Shown: one piece after another, positions 26,763 through 37,155 of the stretch
Layout: each line of letters starts with the position of its first letter
Position numbering within the stretch: the stretch's first letter is position 1
NCBI RefSeq assembly: GCF_009914755.1
Contig: NC_060932.1
Strand: one strand, 5' to 3'
Origin: the human T2T-CHM13v2.0 reference genome, Homo sapiens
DNA length: 64,000 nt
Translations under genes and position numbers: made by a program
Notes under the pieces: generated by a model
The model's database searches: none
What the model saw: only the letters and a program-made list of their open reading frames with translations
What the model was told of the DNA's origin: nothing

Positions 26763-29700
26763 TCCCTAACACACCTGCTGGTAGCTTCTGCTCTGGCTTT
26801 CCCATTCTGTTGCCACACTGCTTCCTCTACTGCTAAGACCCTGGTGGGCCTGTGTTCTGTTGAGCACAGCGGGCATCCCTGTGATGCTATTGGATACCCT
26901 GCTAGTCTGCCATGGAATGCTTCCTGTCTTAGGTGCAAAGAGTCAGTGTCCTGGCTGTTGCCATGCCTCTGGGAAGCTATAGGACTTGACTGCTATTCTA
27001 GGTGGTGGCCTCCCCACCAACCCCATTTCTTTGCACGACTGCCACTGCCACTTCCAACTCTGGTCAACAGTACAGACTCCTCATATCCTTCCGGAGGTTG
27101 GGGCTACATTGTGCCTCTCACTGGAAATAAGATGTCCTTCCAGAAAGAGGAAGGAGGTCCTGGTCAAAGTCTTGTCTCATACCCAGCTCTGAGAACAACT
27201 ACCTGGCATATTAATTGGCACCACATTTTTTTTTCTGGAGAGAGCCCTATCACAACAGGGCACTGTCTTGCCATCACTTCAAAGAAAAAATCAAAATACT
27301 CTGATAATGGTACATTTCTCAAGGCCTAGGTTATTTGGCCATATTTACAGTTACCTTTTTACCATGGGAAAAAATTAAAATGTGTTTAAACATTTTTAAA
27401 GGGCAAAAATCAATTGCATAGGTAATGAAAGTTTTATTATACAAACACATACATCGTAAGAGGACTTGTACTATGTTGAAGTGGATGTAGTTGAGAGAGA
27501 GCAGTGGCATGTTACATAAATCAGTGCTTATAAATTAGTAATTTTATAAAAATTTATCTTAGAAGCTCAGCATTTATGGGGAGTTTATAATGGGGAATTT
27601 TGTAAAGTTAGATTAAGAGATTAGATATCTCTATTTTCTAGATTAGTCTATTCAGATTTCAGGCTATAATAAACGACATCTCCATGTATATTTAGATGTA
27701 AGTGATCACTCGTGTGGGTCCATTTGACTGAGTTTAGTGGAAAATTTGCCAATAGAATAAATTGCAGTTAATACAAATCATATGAAATAAAGGAATAAAT
27801 TGAAAAAACTTTTAATCTCAAGAAGAAAACAACACGGGCCTACTCACTACCTAGAAGATGAAAATTTTGGAAGATTTTATGTTTTTAAGAGGTTAATTAT
27901 TTCAAAAATATTCTACTATAATTTTTAGACCTAACCTGACAGTTTTTGAATGACCAGAAAAATAGACTAACTCATCATGACCAAAATCCTATAATGGCCA
28001 CGCTGCGCAACTCAAGCTAAAATTTCCTCATGGAGAGGTAGCTAGTGAGGCGTGGGGTTTAGGAGGCGCTGTGACTTGCAGCAGTGTAAACAGAGTTGCA
28101 TTCTTCTTCCACTGAGGATATTGATATTTCTGGTCTAGGTCATTCTCTGTTCTCAGGACCCCAGTGTTCACTTTCACAAGAAATATATTTTTTTAATATC
28201 TTCTGTTCATCTTGTGATCCATCTTAATCTCTCCTTGCTCTAGTGGCTTGCTTGTTTCAGGATTTGGGGACCACAAAGCCCACAAAGTCCTTTCTCTTCA
28301 TAACCTGCCATCCAAAGACATTTTTTGATGCTCAAACAATTCCCTGCTGTTTACAACTTCAGAGGTGTCCTCCGAATAATTTTCTCCTCTTAACTTCAAT
28401 AGTACTGTTTCTATTTTTCATCTGACTTAGTAGCTCATAAATCAAGAGACAGGAGAGAGAGAAAGAAAACCACCTTTACCATAGATTCTTTTATTTTTCT
28501 CTTTTTCAGGGGTTATTTACTAAAGGATAGTTTTCAATTTGTTCTTACTTTTATATTTTCACATTTTTTTTTTACAACTGAAACTTGTGGATTTCCTCCA
28601 CTTACTTCTCTTTAAAAACTATTCTACAATTCCATAGAAAACATTATTGAAAAGTATTGTAACAATTGACATATTTCTTGTTAGTAAACTTATTCTAAAT
28701 ATCTTGATTCATATTTATAAATTCTTGAAAGAATATACATATTTCTCCCAAAATGGGTATCTATAATATTTAAAAATAGAGTAGAACCCTCAAGACCATT
28801 TTGTTTTTCGTGGATTTGAGTGTACAGTAATTTTATCATTTCCTTAAGTCATGGGACTTACCTTTGTCAGTAAGGATATATTTAGTTTCAGCAAGAGAAA
28901 ACCCATACTCAAACTGGCTTATCAATAAGACAGTTTATTATCTCGTGTGATAGGAAGTTGAGGAACGGGGCAGCCTCCAGGAGAAGGAGAGAGGCTCCTG
29001 TTCTATCGCGTGCCTTCTCTTGATTCTGTCTACCTCTGTGTATTGGCTTCCTTCTAAGGTTGTGAGCAAGGTGGCTACAGCAGTTTCAGATATAACAAAG
29101 TCCAGGGGACAAAGAAAGAACTGTTTCTCCTTGTGTTTCTGTGTTAGAACACAGAAACACATTCCTAAATGCCCTCAAACAGATTTTCCTTCACTTTGAA
29201 TTGACGACTAGGATTGAATCATGTGCATATCCCCGAATCAGTCATTTGCAAGGGGAATTTGAAATACCATGAGTGACCTCGGCTATTCATCTGGGGAGTA
29301 TTTGACTCTCGGCTTCCCCTTTCACTTTATGTCAGTCGCATTAATAATGAGGGGGCCACATAAACTACTAAAATACACCACAATTTCAGTGTAATATGGT
29401 ATTCTAAGATGGTTGCCCATTTCATGTTCTATGGCCAGATTCATTAAGGATTCATCTGCATTCCTGTGCGGTCTGTGCTCATTCCAAGCAAAGCTGGAAG
29501 TGGGAGGAGAAGAGGCGAAACTTCTTTGGGATATTATTAACTCCCAGGGTTACTCTCCCAAGTACATTTATTACTAGATGCCTGTTGTCCAGAGAGGAAA
29601 GTGATCTAGGGATGACTGCAACTCTCCCCTGCGTTTAATTCAGTGTGTATCAAGGAAGCTCATAAAACAGTCTTCCAGATTACTGATATGTAACTCTATT

Positions 29701-29949
29701 AGAATTTAATTTACTGTAAGATAATTATAGCAAGGTCTCTCCGTGTAAGACTAATAAAAAGTGAACAGATTTTCCCTCAGGAGAAAAGTTCCTCCCCAGA
29801 TGTTCACCTCTATTCACTCAACATGAGCATCATCCTTGATTCTTCCCTTTTCGTCATCCTACAGCTCGAATTCAGCAGGAAAACCTTACATTCCGCTTGC
29901 AAATAGATCAGAATTCCTCCGCTTCTCTCCGAGGTAGGCCACTTCCTAG

Positions 29950-29968
29950 TGACCTGTAGAGGGCGCTA
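29950..29968 (+). promoter_or_regulatory. Candidate CTCF binding site
   Basis: TGACCTGTAGAGGGCGCTA versus consensus TGGCCACCAGGGGGCGCTA; differences fall at tolerated positions; neighbouring CpGs retained. Confidence 0.6.
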
Positions 29969-30410
29969 TAGGATGGACTGCCTCGTGGTCTATCCTCTTC
30001 CCCCAACTCTACATTAGTGCTCTGCCTTCCAACCCATTCCCAACACAAGAGTCCAGGAGAAACTTAAAAAAAAATGTAGACTGCACATCACTTCTTAAAA
30101 TCCTTTAATAATCTTCCATTGTATTAAGAAAAACACACATACATACTCTTGGCTGTGGCTTGTAATGTACATGTTACTGCTTCTACTCTCCTCTGTGTTC
30201 TCACCTGGTATGTCCTACCTTTGTTTCATCCACACTGGGCTACTTTCTGCTATTGGACACAGTTAAGTATTTCCCCATCACAGGACCTTCACTCATCCTC
30301 TTCCCTTTGCTTTGATCATTTTTTCCCCTGTTCTTTGGATGACCTTTTCCCCCGCTTCTGAACTGGTCTCAGCCCAGTCATTGCTTTCCCACTGTGGCTT
30401 TCCCTGCTCA

Positions 30411-31205
30411 TGAAATAGAGTAGGGACCCTTTTTAGGGGCCTGCTGGGCCTCCCAAGCATAAAAATAAATTAAAAAAAAAAACTTGAGTATTTTGAGGAG
30501 AATTGAAGGCGCCTGAATAGCTTTGAGAAGTAAATAACCAACGTGATAAGCAAGAGGATAATAATAGCTTAAACAATAGCCACCCAAGTAAGTTAAAATC
30601 ACAAGATGTTTAGTTCTCTATACAAACTAAAGATAACATCTTGACATGTGTAACTCAATTATTTTTTAGAAACCCAGACCCCCACCACTTGGAAAATGCC
30701 AACTACTGTCATGTAGACCTCAGATAAGGGGAAACTGAGGACTAAACTCTGAGCTCTGTTCTTTGCTCTAAATTTCTTCCTGAGAGGCCTGGAGGAAGTG
30801 ACATCCACAGGCCAAACTGTAACCTTCCCTTCTGTTGACCCCAAGTTTTTAGACAAAGCTTTGCTTCCTTAACCAATTGCAAATCAAAGAATCTCTGAAT
30901 CCACCAATGACCTGTAAGCCCCCACTTCAAGATATCCTGCTTTTTTGGGCCAAACCAATGTGTGACCTTCATACATTAATTTGCAATTTTGCCTGTATAA
31001 CTTCTGCTTCCCTGAAATGTACCCCTGTCTTTAAAAGCCCTCGCCTGTAAGCCATCAAGGAGGTTGGGTCTTAAGTGTGAGCTGCCTTTCTTGCTTGTTT
31101 GGCACCATGAGAATAAATGTCCTTTTTTTTCTTGCTGCAAACCTCAGTGTCAGTGTTTGGCTTTACTGTGCTGGGTGAGCCAGACCCATGTTCAGTTTCG
31201 TAATG
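30411..31205 (+). mobile_element. ERV1-class solo LTR (MER39-like) inserted in L2
   Basis: tgaaatagagtagggaccc...cagataaggggaaactgaggact...aataaa at ~31113; 4-bp TSD ctca. Confidence 0.7.
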
Positions 31206-32662
31206 CTCACACTATCTATACAGACTTTCTCCCTTGGATGGGGAGTGGTAGCATAATTTTAACCTGTTCTTTACCTTCACAAGCCTCTTCCCAGTTTGTG
31301 CTTGTGTGCTTCTTTGTTTCCCTATTATTCCCTGTCTCCCTCACTAGACCTGATGCTCCAAGAGGGCCAGGTTGGTTTCATTCTCTGTGGATAAGGTTCA
31401 GTTAATAACCCCCCTGTATCATGGTGATTCCCTTGAGTATGGGTACTGTCTCTACATTGCTAGCACCTAACAGAATGTTCCCCACATACTATGTCTCTAG
31501 TATGCATTTATTGTTGAATGAGTGGGTACCCATTGTTAGAAGACTAAAAATTAGCATTTGACTACAGGATCAAGAAATGCAGGAATGGATTTCTCATTAT
31601 TTTCAGAACTTCAACTGCATCCCTGGCAAACATTCCACAGGGTTTGTGATGTTTTCAGTAAGTTTAGTGCCATGATAGACCATCATTTTTTTTTTTTTAA
31701 TGAGAAAAGATAATACTTGAAAAGTCAGAAAGCCAGAAGAAAATAATTGCAAAAAAGGTGAGTAGGAGAATCACCTCATCCAAATCTAACTTGATCATGT
31801 GAAGCAACCTAAGAGACTCGTGGAAGGTTGCAAACAACTATAGATAAATCTCTTTGGTGACATATAATAAAAATTTGGCCTTGTCAATTTTAGCATCCCA
31901 TTTCACATTACCCCATGGCTAGTTGAACCGTTTTAGATATATATTGTTAGCACTATATAGTACTTAACTATGTGCTGAACCTAGTTTAGTGCATTCACTC
32001 ATTTAAGGCTTCCACAACCTCATCAGATAGATTTTATTATTACAACGATTTTACTGAAGCTTAGAGAGGTTAAGTGACTTGACAAAGATCACCCAGCTAA
32101 CAAGTGGCAGAACTAGGTTGCAAACATAGGCCTATAATTTTCAAAGAGTAAAAGACTCCCTTGGAATGACCACACTGAGGAAACTAAAGATGAACGTGAA
32201 TTAGAGTTATAAATGTTAATGATTGTTTTCTTTCATAATTGTCGTAGTTCTCTGCATCTCACATACAGTAGCTGTGTCAGCAGTTTTTATTTTCGTTTTT
32301 AAATAATTTTAGGCAGGCACAATGTAATATGTAAACATACAAATGCAAAAAATATAAAATTAAGTGATTTCTATTATAAATAATTTTTGCTTAGTTCCTT
32401 GAAGTAGCATCCTAGTACTACTATTTGATAGCTGAACATTAATTGATTAGTAAATTGGGGAAGGATGACGGGAGAAGAGTAATGAACTAGACTGAGGACA
32501 CCTGGGGGTGCTCTGTCCTGCTTAGCTCTGCAGCTCTTACTTTCTCTGGGTCTCAGTTCCTCGGCAAACTTAGGGCACTGGGTTAAGTGCTGTGTAGCTC
32601 AAACCAACTCTAGCTTTGTATAATTTTGTACAAAGGTACTGATATGTTAATAGAAAAATAAA

Positions 32663-32975
32663 GTCCGGGTGCGGTGGCTCACACCTGTAATCCCAGCACT
32701 TTGGGAGGCTGAGGTGGGCAGATCATGAGGTCAGGAGATGGAGACCATCCTGACTAACACAGTGAAACCCCGTCTCTACTAAAAAAAAAAAAAAATTAGC
32801 CAGGTGTGGTGGCGGGCGCCTGTAGTCTCAGCTACTCAGGAGGCTGAGGCAGGAGAATGGTGTGAACCCAGGAGGCGGAGCTTGCAGTGAGCAGAGATCG
32901 CGCCACTGCACTCCAGCCTGGGCGACAGAGCAAGACTCTGTCTCAAACAAAAAAAAAAAAAAAAAAAAAAAAAAA
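32663..32975 (+). mobile_element. Alu, AluY-like
   Basis: Full dimer, ggagaatggtgtgaacccaggaggcggagcttgcag, long A tail. Confidence 0.95.
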
Positions 32976-35761
32976 TTAAAAGAAAAAGTGCATAACTATC
33001 CTCTTATTTTAGACATGAGTTTTCAGGAAGCCATCCTAATCCTATCAGTTCTACCTTCATAAACATTCTACTTCCAACTAGAAAATTGCCTCTAGTCTTA
33101 AATCCCGTCTAACCAGTTTTTTACACTGTCATTGGACTTTTTTTTTTTTTGAGATAAAATTCTTGGCTTGCTTTATCATTCCCCTGCTTAGGGTCCTTCA
33201 ATAACTGCCCTTTCACTGATATATGTCCATGACCAAACTCGTTCCTATTTTACCTTGAATCTTGTGCTCCTCTCTACCAAACCATGTGCAGCTCTTTGAA
33301 CTTTACAAGCTATCTCACATCTCTATGCTTTTTCTCTTGTTGTTTCCTCTGCCTGAAATGCTACCTCTCTCTGTCCCTTGTTTGTTTGGTGGACACTTTC
33401 AAGACTTAGGAAGATGTCAGCTCTTCTGTGAACCTTTCCTGCCTGAACATTCCTCCACGCAGCAGGTTTCCCACAGCCCCGCCCAAGATAGAACTGACTG
33501 TTCCTTTTTTGGTGTTTCCACTGTCCCCAAGGCAGATTCTCTACCTGAAACATGTTAACACTTATCGTCTATGTACTTCTCCTAATGCTCTCGACAGTAA
33601 AGAACATGTTACCTTCATCTTTGCATCTCCAGCATTTAGCACAGTGCTCCATATATGGTAGTAACTCAGTAGATATGAACAGATGAATAAAAATGTGAAT
33701 GCAATTTGAATGAATGAAAAGGCATCAACTGTCTAAAAAGTTATTTTAATTTCTCAAGTTTTGGCCTAATGCTTTCAGAGATGGCAATGGAAGATAAAAA
33801 CGTGTGAAGAGTAAAAGAATGTTGTAGGGAGAAGGTCTTTCATTTCATTGTCTGTATTGTTTCAAGCTGCTTCCGATACTATGATCTCTTCTGGATCTTG
33901 TTAATGAAATTTTCAAGTATTTGATATGATATTAATGCTCCAATATGTCTTTTGAAAACAGTCCTAATTTTATTTGGACAGAAAACTAAAAAGGCTGGAC
34001 GAGAGTACACATGCTGCAATAGGAATTAATTTGAGAGCATAGTGGTTCAGAATACAGTAATTATTTTGAGCTGTCTTTTCAAATTCAAGGAACTCAGATA
34101 CTTATATGGTTTTGAAATATTGCAGTAAATGGACCAAAGCCAACTCCAATGTGTGAAAGATAGATTTTATACACATGCTTACATTTTTGATTAATTTATT
34201 CATTATTCAACCTACATTCATTGAGCACCTTCTTCTGCTGAGCTATATACCCTAGATGCTTTGGATTCAAAAAGATGGATTGGCGGATGGCTCTTTGATT
34301 ATTCTAGACAAAGTCCCTGATGCTTGGAGAACGTTTTACATTCATTTGTTGTCATCACAACAATTGCCCCACACAGACTGTCCAGGCACCCCAGCTCCTG
34401 TTGAATGTTCTGTCCTCTTCACCGCCTTTCCAGCAGTCCTCTGCTAATTCCTCTAGTGTATAGCATGTGCTCCTACCTTTGAGCCTTACAACGGGTCTTT
34501 TCCCTATTTAAAACCCTCTTATCAGAGAACTCAACTCATCTTTCATACTTGCTTGTGTCAGTTCATCAAGGGAAGCTTTCCCTGATCCCATGACCAGACC
34601 AGCTCCGGGCTGTAGTTGTGCTTCGCAGGCCTTATTGCTATCACAATTAATTAATAATGAATTTAGCTGCTTAATATCTGGTCTTCCTGCTGAAATATAA
34701 TGTATACAAGAGGATGATCTGTGTACCTGTTTTTCCCGTCTACTTCCAGAGTTCAGCCATGTGGTGGTATGGAGAGATTTTTAATAAAGATTTGCTGAAT
34801 GATTAAATGAACTAATAGTGGCAGAATTGCTAGGATGGACTAATTCCTCTTTGCCCTCTCCCAGCTCATGTCCTGCCTTTCCTCTTTTATAATAAAAAAT
34901 GCTTAATGGCTTAATGATACTCAGAGAGCAATTCCCTTTCCTAAATTGAATTGTACATGTTTGAACTCCCATAGTACATAAGGCCCTGTGGCTGTCAGTG
35001 ACACTTGGGTATCCTTCTTACTGCTTCTCAAGTGGAAAGAAAGAAGAGGACAAGGAAGGTGATCCCTTTCTCCGCCAACCCAATCTTAGAGAAATAGGAA
35101 AGATCAATTGTGGATATAACAACAGCAATCTCTTTCCCCGCATGAAAGAATCATGTTGCTCATTCATGGTTAAAGTAGGATTTTAAAATAGCCAATCTAG
35201 CAAAGGCAGTGAGAATCAGGAGCAGAGACCAAAACATGTAACAATTCATTTTAGAAAAATGTCCTATAAACCAATCTCACAGTTGGAACTTAAAAGTCCC
35301 CAGATACAATCATGTTCTGTAGAGCCCCTGAAATTGCCTCTGGCGCTAAAGAGATCCTAAGCAATATTACGCAGGCAGGAAGAGGAATAGGGCATCCATC
35401 ACATTGTCATGCTCTGCCCTGTTCTCAAATTACAAAGTCAGACTCAGTCCAGAGTTGAGGGATAGTGTTCTTATTCTGCTTTTGTCTACCCCATGTTGGT
35501 TATGACAGCTGGCTGGGGAGTGTGCTCCTCCAGCTTGTTTTTAGAGAGTCCATCTCTCTTGATTATCTCGACATCCCTTACTGCTGGCCTGTGAGATCTC
35601 TTCCTGTATGCTGTCTCATTTTTCCATATTAAGGTGGCTCTAAATATCAGTCTGCCTTAAAACCCGTGATGTTTTCTTTCCAGAAGGGGTTTGGAAGTCT
35701 CAGCAAGCTCACTAGCAGAACAGAGCATCTCTTTACTCTATGGAAATGGACTAACTCAATA

Positions 35762-35769
35762 TGACGTCA
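35762..35769. promoter_or_regulatory. Perfect palindromic CRE (aTGACGTCAt)
   Basis: 10-bp palindrome with intact CpG, ~400 bp upstream of the IFITM retrocopy; function is unproven. Confidence 0.35.
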
Positions 35770-35980
35770 TTTCTGCTGAAGTCTTGTCTGCTTCCATGAC
35801 TTTTGGAAACCATATTCTAATGAATATCTAGTGACACTGTTTCTTTGGTTCTGATAAAAATCAGAATTGTACCCACTCTTATAACCTGTTCTCTTGCATT
35901 TCCCTAAGACTCCAAAGGTTAATATGTTTTAGGGTTTTATCATGCCTTTTCAGACTGTCTTTTTGCTTCATCTATATCAA

Positions 35981-36081
35981 TGGCATCAGTTTCACTTGGA
36001 GCAACAAAATTCTTGGCCCCATTCCAGACCTACTGAATCATTAACTCTGGAAGAGATGCCCTGCAATCTGTGTTTTAACAG
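35981..36081. mobile_element. MER5A fragment
   Basis: ccagacctactgaatca...gcaatctgtgttttaaca. Confidence 0.65.
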
Positions 36082-36165
36082 TTTATGTAGGTAAGCTTGG
36101 CTGAAGTTTACCTTTGCATTGACTGATAACAGGAAAAGGGCTTCTTCATTAAATTAATAGTTCAG

Positions 36166-36829
36166 GAGAAATTGAAACTACTGGGGAGAGGGAGGGCCTA
36201 TTGAGAACCATCCCAGCAACCCGACCACAGCTGGTCTTCCCTGGACACCATGAACCACACTTTCCAAACCTTCTTCACTCCTGCCAACAGCGGCCACCCC
36301 CGCAATTATGAGATGCTCAAGGAGGAGCATAAGGTGGCTGTGGTGGGGGCGCCCCAAAACCCTGCTCCCCCGATGTCCACCATGATCCACTTCCACAGTG
36401 AGACCTCCATGCCTGACCATGTCGTCTGGTCGCTGTTCAACACCCTCTTCATGAACTCTGGCTGCCTGTGCTTCACAGCATTTGTGTACTCTATGAAGTC
36501 TAGGGAGAGGAAGAAGGTTGGTGACTTGACCAGGGCCCAGGCCTATACCTCCACTGCCAAGTGCCTGAACATCTGGGCCCTGATCGTGGACATTGTCATG
36601 ACCATTCTGCTCATCATCATCCCAGTGTTGATCTTCCAAGTCTATTGATAGATCAGGAGGCATCATCCAGGCCAGGAGCTCTGCCCATGACCTGTATCCC
36701 ACGCACTTCATCTTTCATTCCTTGCGCTGCCCCCAGAGCCAAGTCCTGTATCAGCCCTTTATCCTCACACACTTTTCTACAATGGCATTCAATAAAGTGC
36801 ACGTGCTCCTGGTTAAAAAAAAAAAAAAA
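36166..36829 (+). pseudogene. Processed (retrotransposed) IFITM2/IFITM3-like copy with uninterrupted ORF 36250-36648 (132 aa, CD225/dispanin domain)
   Basis: MNHTFQTFF...YEML...[15 protein letters not shown]...[12 protein letters not shown], about 30 differences from human IFITM3 by manual comparison; no intron; 5'UTR and 3'UTR present; AATAAA at 36791; poly(A) at 36815-36829; TSD agttcag at 36159 and 36829. The specific IFITM pseudogene symbol cannot be assigned from sequence alone. Confidence 0.95.
36167..36179 (+). promoter_or_regulatory. ISRE carried at the 5' end of the IFITM retrocopy
   Basis: AGAAATTGAAACT matches RGAAANNGAAACT and lies where the IFITM3 5' leader ISRE is (recalled as gagaaaccgaaact). 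Confidence 0.6.
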
Positions 36830-36835
36830 GTTCAG

Positions 36836-37155
<320 letters not shown>

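Noticed and set aside
27995-28100. Small CpG-containing patch as a promoter or CpG island
   Set aside because: Only about 5 CpGs in ~100 bp, with no convincing core promoter or downstream exon.
36178-36711. 177-aa minus-strand ORF
   Set aside because: It is the antisense shadow of the GC-rich IFITM coding sequence and has no independent support.
36166-36829. Calling this the functional IFITM3/IFITM2 gene or naming a specific IFITM pseudogene
   Set aside because: There is no intron, a poly(A) tail and TSD are present, and the CpG-poor context is unlike the IFITM cluster. The locus identity needs a genome search.
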